Positions 7,956 through 16,906 of a stretch of DNA of 64,000 nt are shown piece after piece; positions within the stretch are counted from its first letter, which is position 1, and each line of letters begins with the position of its first letter. The position numbers and the translations under genes are program-made. This DNA is from a virus, in the IMG/VR virus record IMGVR_UViG_3300002448_000161; one strand, 5' to 3'. The notes beneath the pieces were generated by a model. It saw only the letters and a program-made list of their open reading frames with translations, did no database searches and was not told the DNA's origin.

Positions 7956-10900
7956 TCAGCACTTGCTCCAGCCGCAGTAGTTGTCGACGCAGGAGAGGCA
8001 GCCCTCCTTGTAAATCACCTTGCCGTTGCAGTCGGGGCATTTGTTCTGCACTTCGTTCTCTACCGTGGTGAACATGGCTTCCAGCCCCATCTGGATGGCC
8101 TCCGGCGCCTTGACCTCTACCTGGTTGGTGGCCTGGTTTATCAAGGCCCGGGCCACCGCGTCGGGCGCCGACCGGATCTGGATGCCGTTGTCCCACGCGG
8201 GGCAGCAGGTTATTCCCAGCAGGTTGCTTATGATCTCGGTCTCGCATACGCCGGCCCGCAGGGCCATGGAGGCCAGCCGGCAGATGGCCTCCAGCTGCGC
8301 CGAGTCGCATCCACCGGCCTTTCCCAGGTTGGCAAATACCTCGAAGGGCTTGCCCTTCTCGTCGTCGTTGATGGTGATGTACATGGAGCCGTGACCGGTG
8401 TGGAAGCGTTCCGTTTTTCCCGACGTTATGCGGGGACGGTTCCGCGCGTAGAGCACAACGTTGTCTTCGTCAACGTCGGACTCGGCGGTGCCGGTGGCCC
8501 CGGTGCTCAGGACCTGGTTCTCCTTGCTGCCGTCCCGGTAGACCGTAATCCCCTTGCAGCCGGTCTCGTAGGCCCGCAGGTAGGCTTCCATTACGTCCTC
8601 GCGGGTGGCTTCGTTGGGGAAGTTGATCGTTTTTGACACCGAGTTGTCGGTGTATTTCTGGAAGGCGGCCTGCATCCTTACGTGCCAGTCGGGCGATATG
8701 TCGTGGGAGGTCCTGAATATCTCCTTGGCCCAGTCCGGGGCTTCCAGTTCCTGCAGCGTTCCCTTCTGGCTCAGCTGTTCCATCAGCTCGGCGCTGTAGA
8801 AGCCGTGGTGCCTGGCGACGGCCTCAAAGTAGGAATAGCCTTCGTACAGCTTGGTGTTGTCCATGACGTTTCGGACGTAGGATAGCGCGAACAGGGGTTC
8901 AATGCCGCTGGAGGCGTCGGCGATTATGCTGATGGTCCCCGTTGGCGCGATGGTTACCGGCGCCGAGTTGCGCATCTGGCGGGGGTTATCCCCGCTGTTG
9001 TAGAGGGAGTGGTCCCATTCCGGGAAGGTGCCGCGTTCGCTGGCCAGCTCGTGGCTGGCCTCGTGGGTCATGCGCTGGATGGCGCTCATCACGTCCTCGG
9101 CTATCTGCAGTCCCTCCTCGGAGTCGTAACGGATTCCGAGCTGCACCAGAAGGTCGGAGAATCCCATGATACCGACCCCGATGCGCCGGGTGCGGCGGGT
9201 CATATCCTCGATCTCCTTCAGCGGGTAGTTGTTCATGTCGATGACGTTGTCGAGCATTCTGACCGCTATGCGGGTGGTCTCCTCCAGTTTTTCGTAGTCG
9301 ATCTCGGCTCCTGTTTCCGTGTAGCGGACCATCCTGGCCAGGTTGATGGAGCCCAGGTTGCAGGACTCGTAGGGCGCCAACGGCTGTTCTCCGCAGTTGT
9401 GCAGCACGAACCCGTTGCCGTCGAAGGCGTTCGCGCCGGGTATCTGGACGTCGTATACCTCCTGCGTTCCTGCTTCCACTATTGCTGTTACTGTGGTGAA
9501 CCTGGGGGCGTGGAAGGCCGTTGGGGATAGCCCGTCGGCTATTTCCACCGCTTTGACGGCGCACTCGTTGTAAGCCTCTTCGTTCCAACGGGACACCTGG
9601 TGTAGCCAGGCCTCCAGTTCTGTGCTTCTGGACGTCCTGATCAGGATTTCCTTCGTCGCTACGTGATTGGCGTTGGTTCTGTCCAGCAGGACCGTTGCGG
9701 CCTGGGCTGGCAGTCTCTGGTCCCAGGAGGTCTCTTCGCTGCTGTTGTGTTCGTTGACTGCTAGAACGGCGTGGGAGAGCAGGTCTTCCAGTCGGTTGCC
9801 CCAGAACGGGGCTCTGTCTCTGGCCTGTTCCACTGCTGCTTGGCCGATGGCCCTTGGATCTTCCTGGTGTGCCAGCTCGTGGTTGTTCAGCTCGAGCTTG
9901 TCTCCGGGCCGTATTTCTCCGGCCGGTATCCATTCGGTGTGCCCGTTGCTGATTCTGCGTACCAGGTGGTCCCTGGTCAACGTGATTGCCGGTGTTCCTG
10001 GGTTCGGCGTTCCGACGATTTGTATGACTTCTTTGGCGCCGGTGGCGAAGAAGCCGTTGGGTCCCGACGGGTAGGGGGCGCCGTGGAGCAGCGCGTCAAA
10101 GTGGACGTCGACCAGCTCTCTGACCGGAATGGGTCCCTCGGTTGTCATAACCAGCGTGTCTCCGGTGACGCAGGGGTTGGTGCTTTCGATCCTGCCGATC
10201 TGGGGGTTGGGGTTGTCCCGGTTTATCCGGTCCAGGAAGACCAGCCCCGGGTCGCCGGTGGCCCACGCGTTGTCCACTATCAGGTCGAAAATTTCCCGGG
10301 CGTTCGCTTTTCCGGTGACCTCGCGGGTCGCCGGATTGATCAGGTCGTAGTCTTCGCCGGCCAGTGCGGCCGCTATGAAGTCCTCGCTTACGCCCACGGA
10401 GATATTGAAGTTCTGCAGGAACTCGCCGGTATTCTTGGCCTCTATGAATTCTCGGATGTCCGGGTGGGATATGTCCAGGATTCCCATATTGGCTCCGCGG
10501 CGGGTCCCGCCCTGCTTCACCACCTCGGTTGCGGTGTCGAATACCCGTATGAAGCTCACGGGCCCTGAGGCTACGCCGCCGGTGGTTCCCACCCGGTCTC
10601 CGGCTGGGCGGATTCTGGAGAAGGAGAAGCCGGTGCCGCCGCCTGACTTGTGGATGATGGCGGTGTCCTTGGCGCTCGTGAATATCGACTCAATAGAGTC
10701 GTTCACGGGCAACACGAAGCATGCTGAGAGCTGCTGGAGCTCGCGGCCGGCGTTCATGAGCGTCGGCGAATTGGGCAGGAAGTCGTGGCGGCTCATCACG
10801 TCGAAGAACTGGCCTTTCACGGCCCGTCGGTCCTCCTCGCTGGCGTTGTAGAACAGCTCGGCCTGGGCCAGGTTGTCGGCCACCCTTTCGTACATGTGGT

Positions 10901-11069
10901 TGGGCTGTTCGATGGCCTCGCCTTGGTTGTTTTTCCTGAGGTACCTGCGCTTGAGCACCACTACGGAGTTTTCCGAGGTATGGGCCTGGCCCATGTTTAT
11001 CCGCTGGGCTATGCCGGCGGCCGTCATCGCGTCGGCTATTCGTTTCCGGTTCGTTATGGTGTCGTTCAT
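7956..11069 (-). CDS. nrdJ: Class II (B12-dependent) ribonucleotide reductase with intein, TSCPD and Zn-ribbon C-terminus
   Basis: Motifs FLPNSPTLMNAG, QLSACFV, NP[intein]CGEQPL, ESCNLGSINL, IAPTGTIS and GCKGITVYRDGS. C-terminal CPDC...CLSCV..CGWSKC. Confidence 0.95.
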   Translation of the reverse strand: MNDTITNRKRIADAMTAAGIAQRINMGQAHTSENSVVVLKRRYLRKNNQGEAIEQPNHMYERVADNLAQAELFYNASEEDRRAVKGQFFDVMSRHDFLPNSPTLMNAGRELQQLSACFVLPVNDSIESIFTSAKDTAIIHKSGGGTGFSFSRIRPAGDRVGTTGGVASGPVSFIRVFDTATEVVKQGGTRRGANMGILDISHPDIREFIEAKNTGEFLQNFNISVGVSEDFIAAALAGEDYDLINPATREVTGKANAREIFDLIVDNAWATGDPGLVFLDRINRDNPNPQIGRIESTNPCVTGDTLVMTTEGPIPVRELVDVHFDALLHGAPYPSGPNGFFATGAKEVIQIVGTPNPGTPAITLTRDHLVRRISNGHTEWIPAGEIRPGDKLELNNHELAHQEDPRAIGQAAVEQARDRAPFWGNRLEDLLSHAVLAVNEHNSSEETSWDQRLPAQAATVLLDRTNANHVATKEILIRTSRSTELEAWLHQVSRWNEEAYNECAVKAVEIADGLSPTAFHAPRFTTVTAIVEAGTQEVYDVQIPGANAFDGNGFVLHNCGEQPLAPYESCNLGSINLARMVRYTETGAEIDYEKLEETTRIAVRMLDNVIDMNNYPLKEIEDMTRRTRRIGVGIMGFSDLLVQLGIRYDSEEGLQIAEDVMSAIQRMTHEASHELASERGTFPEWDHSLYNSGDNPRQMRNSAPVTIAPTGTISIIADASSGIEPLFALSYVRNVMDNTKLYEGYSYFEAVARHHGFYSAELMEQLSQKGTLQELEAPDWAKEIFRTSHDISPDWHVRMQAAFQKYTDNSVSKTINFPNEATREDVMEAYLRAYETGCKGITVYRDGSKENQVLSTGATGTAESDVDEDNVVLYARNRPRITSGKTERFHTGHGSMYITINDDEKGKPFEVFANLGKAGGCDSAQLEAICRLASMALRAGVCETEIISNLLGITCCPAWDNGIQIRSAPDAVARALINQATNQVEVKAPEAIQMGLEAMFTTVENEVQNKCPDCNGKVIYKEGCLSCVDNYCGWSKC
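9396..10172 (-). mobile_element. Intein (259 aa) in the NrdJ active-site motif
   Basis: Starts CVTGDTLV, has block B ITLTRDHLV, and ends VYDVQI...NGFVLHN followed by extein Cys. It splits NP|CGEQ. Confidence 0.93.
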
Positions 11070-11100
11070 GGTCCTGCGGGCTCCTTTACTTGTTTGGTTT

Positions 11101-11832
11101 TCAGATCAGGGTCGGCTGCCTGTCTTCGTCGTTGGGCGGCTTTCTGGGGGTTCTGACCTTCGGGTTTTCCTCGGCCGGAGGCTCGCTTCTTGCCTGCTCC
11201 AGTATGGCGGGCAGTCTCAGGAAGTCTTCCTTGGCCCATTCGTGGAAGTCTCCTCTCCTCAGCGCTGCGGCCGGGTGTATTACCGGATACACCAGCTGTC
11301 CGCCTACGTTGCGTAGCCGTCCCCGGGCTTTGCCGATGGGTTCCCCCGGCAGGAAGTGGGAGAGGGCGAACTGGCCCATGGTTACGACTAGAAGCGGTTC
11401 AAGCGTCGTCAGCTGCATTCTAAGGAAGCGGCTGCATGCTTCCTGCTCCTCCGGCAGCGGGTCCCGGTTTCCCGGGGCGCGGCATTTGATTATGTTGGTT
11501 ATGTAGATGTCCTGCTTCGTCATTTCGACTGACGCAAGCAGCTCGTCCAGCAGTTTGCCGGCCCGGCCGACGAAGGGCTTGCCCTCCTCGTCCTCGTTCT
11601 TGCCGGGGCCCTCGCCCAGCATGAATATCTCTGCCGATTCGGGCCCGGTGCCGGGGACGGCGTGAATCCGCTCCCTGTGGAGCGGGCAGCGGTCGCAGTG
11701 GTGGATCAGGTTGTGGATCAGTTCCAACCTTGTCTCGGGCACCTTGGCCTCCGGCTCGTAGTCAACTCTTCTTTTCAGCATGGGTAGCCTCCTTTCGCCG
11801 TCATCGTCGGCTGTTACGGGTGCTTGGTCCAT
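11101..11832 (-). CDS. udg: Uracil-DNA glycosylase family 4
   Basis: CDRCPLH, GEGPG, GKPFVGRAG, TNIIKCR, C.RFL and HPAAAL, including the Fe-S cysteines. Confidence 0.92.
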   Translation of the reverse strand: MDQAPVTADDDGERRLPMLKRRVDYEPEAKVPETRLELIHNLIHHCDRCPLHRERIHAVPGTGPESAEIFMLGEGPGKNEDEEGKPFVGRAGKLLDELLASVEMTKQDIYITNIIKCRAPGNRDPLPEEQEACSRFLRMQLTTLEPLLVVTMGQFALSHFLPGEPIGKARGRLRNVGGQLVYPVIHPAAALRRGDFHEWAKEDFLRLPAILEQARSEPPAEENPKVRTPRKPPNDEDRQPTLI

Positions 11833-11954
11833 GCCTGTCCGCGCTGTGGTGGTTGTGGGTAGCCTATCCTAGCATGGAGCCTTTCTTTTCTTGTCGGGCT
11901 TGGCCTTTGTCGGCCTCGCCGGTTTTTCGTGCCGTTGGAATGCTTTTTGCCCTG

Positions 11955-12560
11955 TCACGCTCCGCTCCCCTTTCTTGCTTGGCTGTTGTAGTGCTCGACC
12001 CACTCGTTGAGCTGGGTTTTCAGGTTCCGGTAGGACGTCCATTCGATTATGTGGCCGTCCACGGCCAGCGTTGGTGTCCCCCTTGCGCCTATCCGCCGGG
12101 CCTCGTCCCGGTCTGCTTCCACGGTTGCCTGGTGGCGTTGGTCCCGTAGACAGTCTTCGAAGTCCTCCTGGTCCAGCTGCGTGTCTTCCGTTATTGCCAT
12201 CAGGCCTTGCAGGTCCGTACTCAGGGTCCCGTGGGCCGCATTTGTATATAGGCTGTCATGGTACTCATCGAAGGCGTCCTGTTCGCGGGCGCATTCCGCA
12301 GCGTTGGCCGCGGCCCATGACCCGGGCCCCAGTATGGGTAAGTGCTTGTACTCGAATCTCATCAGTCCGGTGTCCAGGAACTCCGTTTTAATTTCGGGCA
12401 TTATCAGCAGGGCGAAGGCGGCGCAGTAGCTGCATTGGAAGTCCCCGTATTCGGTCAGTGTTGGCGTCGGTTCCGATGGTCCCGGCCGTCGGGCGGCCTC
12501 TTCTTCCTGGCACGCCATTAGCGCTGCGGCCAGCATGATCAGGGTCGTGGGCCCGAGCAT
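11955..12560 (-). CDS. DsbA/BdbD-type thioredoxin-fold lipoprotein
   Basis: Lipobox LMA-C, EYGDFQCSYC (CxxC) and GARGTPT (cis-Pro). The track starts at 12635, but 12560 is the more likely start. Confidence 0.85.
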   Translation of the reverse strand: MLGPTTLIMLAAALMACQEEEAARRPGPSEPTPTLTEYGDFQCSYCAAFALLIMPEIKTEFLDTGLMRFEYKHLPILGPGSWAAANAAECAREQDAFDEYHDSLYTNAAHGTLSTDLQGLMAITEDTQLDQEDFEDCLRDQRHQATVEADRDEARRIGARGTPTLAVDGHIIEWTSYRNLKTQLNEWVEHYNSQARKGSGA

Positions 12561-12608
12561 TTTTTTAAGTCGTTTTGTGAAAGTCACGTTCATGGCCCTG
12601 ATGTTATC

Positions 12609-12662
12609 CTTTTTTGGGCCGGTCCTGCCTTTCATTTCCGGTTCTATCTTTTTTGGGCCGGT
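12609..12662. repeat. 15-bp perfect direct repeat, two copies
   Basis: CTTTTTTGGGCCGGT at 12609-12623 and 12648-12662 (39-bp period), in the dsbA/AIM24 divergent region. Confidence 0.7.
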
Positions 12663-12685
12663 GGCCCTTGAACAGGGGGGTTAGC

Positions 12686-13363
12686 GTGCGTACTGAACAT
12701 TCGGAGCAGGGTGGATTCCCGATGGTCACTGTGTGGCTCGATCCGGAGGAGGCGCTCATGGCGGAGCCTGGCGCCATGGTCTCCTGTCAGGGAGTCCGTA
12801 TGAGTAGCGGTAAGGGTGGCTTTTTAAGCGGTTTGGAGCGGAAGCTCACCGGCGAATCCTTCTTTCTCAATTCCTTTTCCGGTGGTCCGTCCGGCGGCTG
12901 GGTGGCGTTGTCGCCCCCGGTCCCGGGTTCCGTTGCCGAGCTGTGGGTTGAGCCCTATCAGGAGGTGCTCCTTCAAGCTGGCGCGTTGCTTGCTTATACC
13001 GGCGATCTGAAGCCGGACGCTGACTTCCAGGGTCTGGGTTCCATGTTCTCGGGGGAGTCCGCGTTCTTTACCCGCATGCGGGCTGCCGGTGGCGGAGGCT
13101 TCGTCTGGTGCGGGGCTTACGGCGGTATTACTGAGGTCCGCGTTAGTGAGGCCGGCGGTGAGCTGGTCGTTGATACCGGGCACCTGGTCGCCTTTGACGG
13201 CGGCGTGGATTACAGCATCGGTAAGATGCCTGGTCTGGCCACTCTGTTGCTTGGCGGAGAGGGTGTTGTCCTCAAGTTTGCAGGCTCGGGCTCCGTTTGG
13301 GTGCAGGCTGGCAACTTGGACTTGCTGGAGCGGTTGGTCCGGAAGTTTGTTCCGACGGGCTGA
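12686..13363 (+). CDS. AIM24 / TIGR00266 family protein
   Basis: AEPGAMV, LTGESFF.N, SGES.F, YGGI..V and VVDTGHLVAF...Y. GTG start at 12686. Confidence 0.85.
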   Translation: MRTEHSEQGGFPMVTVWLDPEEALMAEPGAMVSCQGVRMSSGKGGFLSGLERKLTGESFFLNSFSGGPSGGWVALSPPVPGSVAELWVEPYQEVLLQAGALLAYTGDLKPDADFQGLGSMFSGESAFFTRMRAAGGGGFVWCGAYGGITEVRVSEAGGELVVDTGHLVAFDGGVDYSIGKMPGLATLLLGGEGVVLKFAGSGSVWVQAGNLDLLERLVRKFVPTG

Positions 13364-13445
13364 GCTGTCTCCGGTATTTGCCCCTGGTTGGAGTCTCTCT
13401 GGCTCTGCTGCTTTTCCTAATCTGTCTTATCGCGGAGGTCTATCT

Positions 13446-13814
13446 ATGGGTGTTGCGGTCCCTTTCCGTTACCCTTTGGTTTTAAGCATAGCCGTCGTCA
13501 CTTTGTGTCTCTCGCTTCTGGTAATGGGATGCGGGATTGTGGTCAGTCAGGACGACGGGAGTTCGTCGCTGCCCAGCGCTTCTTCGATCATCCGGGAGGC
13601 GGACCGCCAGGGTGTCGATCCCTACGAGTTGCTTGCCCGGTATCGTGACGCCCGGGAGGACTCCCTGGAGGAACGGGCCTCCCGTCTTCGGGAGCGTGCT
13701 CCAGAGAATCAGAAGCGGAAGTATGATATTGAGCTTGAGCGCGATCTGTCGCTTTTGGAGCTTGAGTACGAGGAACGTACGGTTCAGCTGGACCGCAGGC
13801 TTTCTCCCAGTTAG
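13446..13814 (+). CDS. Small lipoprotein with helical C-terminus
   Basis: GGAGG RBS and ATG at 13446. Hydrophobic stretch ending VMG-C. Confidence 0.55.
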   Translation: MGVAVPFRYPLVLSIAVVTLCLSLLVMGCGIVVSQDDGSSSLPSASSIIREADRQGVDPYELLARYRDAREDSLEERASRLRERAPENQKRKYDIELERDLSLLELEYEERTVQLDRRLSPS

Positions 13815-14836
13815 CTTTTTTTCTGGCGTATCCAGAAGGCGCCCCGGTCCGGCGGGCCTTCATTCACGCAGGTTCTCAGGATGTCCAGGGGCACCTTTTC
13901 CTCCAGCTGCTGGCTGTCGTACTTGGGCCGGTTTCTTGGTTCGAAGTAACCGGCCAGCACTTCACCGGCGGCCACGGTCCTGCCGTCCAGGTTATCCGAG
14001 GTCTGTTGCAGCACCGCCTTGGCGTGCTCTGTTGAGGGCCTCGCCTCCAGCCATTCGGCGGCGGCGTCCAGCACCAGCTTTTCGTCGCTCTCTATTGGAG
14101 CCATTGCCGCCGTCCTCGGCGGCCTCTTTCCGCGGCACAGCGTTCTGAATTCGCACATGTTGCATTCGGTGGACCCCGCGTGGAAGGGCCGGTCTGGGAG
14201 ATCACCGCTGTCGGCGGTCGCTGCGGCCTTGGCCGCCTTCTCCAGCGCCTTCTGTGCTGTGTCCGCCTTCCAGGTTGCCCGGTCTGGCGGCAGGCTGTTT
14301 CCGTCCCGGTCCATTAATCCGAACACGCCGTGGTGAGGATGCTCGGTCAATCCCATGCGGTGCAGTTCCTGGGCGTACAGGGCTATCTGTACGATATACC
14401 CGGGGTAATGGACCTTAACGCCGTGGGCCCTGACCTCCGCGCCGCGGCGTACTCCCATCGATTTACATTCCAGGTTGAGCCAGGCGTTTCGCGTGTAGAT
14501 CTTGTGGCGGCACAGGCCGTCCGGGTGGCCGGGGATATATGTCTCGCCGTCAGGGAGGGGTATTTTGACTTCCAGCTGTCCTTCCGGCGAGCAGATCGTG
14601 TGTTTTGTTTCCCAGCCTGCGTCCTCCATATTCTTGATTATGAGGATCTCGGCCATGTTTCCCAGGGCCATCTTGTTGTAGTCGTCCTGCTCTGGCGGGT
14701 CGCTGACCGGAGTACCTCTGTGGATGTAAGCCAGCGCTCTGATGCAGTGGTGGAGTCCCGATGCTCTGAGGTGCTGCGGCTGCTCTGGTTCCCTCAGTTC
14801 CCCCATTACCATTTCCTGCCAGCTCTTCTCGGCCAT
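13811..14836 (-). CDS. Cas4-like PD-(D/E)xK nuclease with 4Fe-4S cysteines (copy A)
   Basis: RASGLHHC, GHPDG, LECK, QIALY and CNMCEFRTLC. Confidence 0.8.
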   Translation of the reverse strand: MAEKSWQEMVMGELREPEQPQHLRASGLHHCIRALAYIHRGTPVSDPPEQDDYNKMALGNMAEILIIKNMEDAGWETKHTICSPEGQLEVKIPLPDGETYIPGHPDGLCRHKIYTRNAWLNLECKSMGVRRGAEVRAHGVKVHYPGYIVQIALYAQELHRMGLTEHPHHGVFGLMDRDGNSLPPDRATWKADTAQKALEKAAKAAATADSGDLPDRPFHAGSTECNMCEFRTLCRGKRPPRTAAMAPIESDEKLVLDAAAEWLEARPSTEHAKAVLQQTSDNLDGRTVAAGEVLAGYFEPRNRPKYDSQQLEEKVPLDILRTCVNEGPPDRGAFWIRQKKS

Positions 14837-14885
14837 TTTTATGTTGTCCTCCGCTATTTTGGTTGGCCCTGGGAAAGCTTCCTTC

Positions 14886-15716
14886 CTAGTTCTGGCTCCA
14901 TTCCATTTCGGACGGGTCTCCGTGGTACTCCTCTGCTTGCGGTGCTTCTGGCCCGCTTGGCAGCGCTGCGGCGCCGTTGGCGCTGGCTGGCTCCGCCTGG
15001 GCCTTTGCCTCCCTCTCTTCCGGCTCGGCCACCGGCAGATTTTCCATAAACCCCGCCGGTGAGTCGTCGTCTTCGGGTATCACCAGGATGTCCTCTTCGG
15101 AGCTGGTTTCAGCGGCCTCTTGGCTGTTGGCCACCGCCTCGTCCACGGTTTCGGGGACGGCGATGGGCTCCTCGTAGAGAGGCTGCGCTTTGTCCAGCTG
15201 CTGGTCGCCCTGCCCTGCCTGGTTCAGTATGCCCTCTTCGATCCAGTCGGCGAACCTTCCGGCCGTGGCCAGGATCTGTTCCTCGGTAGGGTCCTTGATG
15301 ACGGCATGCACGTGCTTCATGGCCAGCTTGAGGGCCGTCTGCCGCTGTATGCTCAGGTGCCGGTAAACCTCGTTGGGGCTCATTCCGGCGGGTCCGGTCA
15401 TCCGGACGTCCGCCCTTTTGACCGGCGGATTCTTGACGTAGTATTCTTCCTTTTCCTCGTCGCTGGCCAGGCGGACGAACTGCCAGTTCCAGTTTTCCTG
15501 GAGGTCGGCCGACTTGCCGTGCTTCAGTGACCGAGCCAGCATCAGCATTACGCGCGTCTGGTTCAGTGGGAGCATGTGCTGCTGTTCCGGGTTCATCCGG
15601 TAGACGGTAATGGGGAACGTTACGCCCCATCTGGGGATGTCGAAGCGGGTGTAATCTGCTCCGTGCTCCAGGGGGGTTGCCTCCACTATCCGCATGTGGT
15701 TGTCTTTTTCTACCAT
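14886..15716 (-). CDS. Hypothetical protein, possibly ssDNA-binding/annealing, with acidic tail
   Basis: Beta-rich N-domain, a SIQRQTALKLA segment and a long acidic disordered tail. Lies between two nucleases. Confidence 0.5.
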   Translation of the reverse strand: MVEKDNHMRIVEATPLEHGADYTRFDIPRWGVTFPITVYRMNPEQQHMLPLNQTRVMLMLARSLKHGKSADLQENWNWQFVRLASDEEKEEYYVKNPPVKRADVRMTGPAGMSPNEVYRHLSIQRQTALKLAMKHVHAVIKDPTEEQILATAGRFADWIEEGILNQAGQGDQQLDKAQPLYEEPIAVPETVDEAVANSQEAAETSSEEDILVIPEDDDSPAGFMENLPVAEPEEREAKAQAEPASANGAAALPSGPEAPQAEEYHGDPSEMEWSQN

Positions 15717-15756
15717 ATCGTGGGACTCCTTCGCTTTTTATTTTAGCGCACGCCGG

Positions 15757-16800
15757 TCAGCTGACCCGCACGTAGCTGATTTCCTTTTCGGTTACGAACT
15801 CCTCCTTTTGCTCGTCAGTGAGGAGCTCCCTGACAGCTTTGTCGCTGACCTGGTATGACGGGTAGCTGACCCGGCTGATGGTCCTTGCCTTCTTGTGGCC
15901 CTGCAGCTTCATCTTGCCCTGCTCCGTGGACTCGTACCAGGCGGCAATGACGGCCATGCTGGCTGCTTTCTTTTCGGTCTGTTCGTCGATGGCCACTGCC
16001 GCGTCCTCGTAGTCCAGGAGCGCCTGGGTGGCGTCCTCAATGTTCACTGTGTGGCGGGTTCCCTGGGGCTCAGCCTCCTTTTTCTCGCTGGCGTAGCACT
16101 CCGTCTGGAACGGGCAGTTTTGGCACTGGTAGTTCTTCATTGTGAAGTCGCGGCCCGGGGGCAGCTTCGCTTCCGGGCCGCTGGCCTTCAGCCGTTCGTG
16201 AAGCGGCGCGAGCCAGGCTACTGTGTCGTACATGGCGGCCTTCAGCCGGGCGTTGGCGATCTGCTCGGTGTCCCATTCCATTGTCTCCCGGTTCATGGTG
16301 GCTATGACCAGGTCTCCGGTCGGGTCCATCTGCCAGACGTAGATGGCGCCCTGGGATACTGCGTCCGGGGTGGCCAGCGCCGCTCCCCTTATGCTCCAGT
16401 TGTTGTACTGGGCGTTGCCCCGGACCTTTACCTCGATTACCGAGTCAGTGGCCGGTTTTTGGCCCTCCGGCGCCCGGCCGAAGGCGTCCCACGTTCCGGT
16501 GACGTATACGCCGGGCATCATCTTTATGCGGCAGGTCTCCGGCTGCAGCTGGCTGTTGTGCCTTATGTTCCAGCCCTCTTCCCTCATCAGTTCGATGAGC
16601 ACCGGTTCCATCATCTTGCCGGATTCCATTCGGGCCCGGTCCTGGCGCGTGGGCGGGTCGGTGATTTTCACCCCGGTCACGGTGTACCACAGGGCGCGTC
16701 GGCAGCTTCGTGCTGCGGATGCTCTTATCTCCAGGTCGCCTTCTGCGTTGATGGTTGCGTTCGGCCGGTCGTACCACGGGTGGTTGGCGTTTTCGGTCAT
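15757..16800 (-). CDS. Cas4-like PD-(D/E)xK nuclease with 4Fe-4S cysteines (copy B)
   Basis: RASAARSC, GTWDA, IEVK, QGAIY and CQNCPFQTEC. Confidence 0.8.
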   Translation of the reverse strand: MTENANHPWYDRPNATINAEGDLEIRASAARSCRRALWYTVTGVKITDPPTRQDRARMESGKMMEPVLIELMREEGWNIRHNSQLQPETCRIKMMPGVYVTGTWDAFGRAPEGQKPATDSVIEVKVRGNAQYNNWSIRGAALATPDAVSQGAIYVWQMDPTGDLVIATMNRETMEWDTEQIANARLKAAMYDTVAWLAPLHERLKASGPEAKLPPGRDFTMKNYQCQNCPFQTECYASEKKEAEPQGTRHTVNIEDATQALLDYEDAAVAIDEQTEKKAASMAVIAAWYESTEQGKMKLQGHKKARTISRVSYPSYQVSDKAVRELLTDEQKEEFVTEKEISYVRVS

Positions 16801-16906
16801 TCCTCTCCTTTCTTTCTTCAGCAGGTGGTCTGCCGCCTTTTTCCGGGCGTGTTGTGTCGCCCCGGCCTTGCGGCCGGGGTCTTTCTTCTCTTGGTGGCTT
16901 GTTATT

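Noticed and set aside
13811-16800. CRISPR-Cas locus suggested by the Cas4-like genes
   Set aside because: No cas1, cas2, effector genes or repeat-spacer array were seen anywhere in the window.
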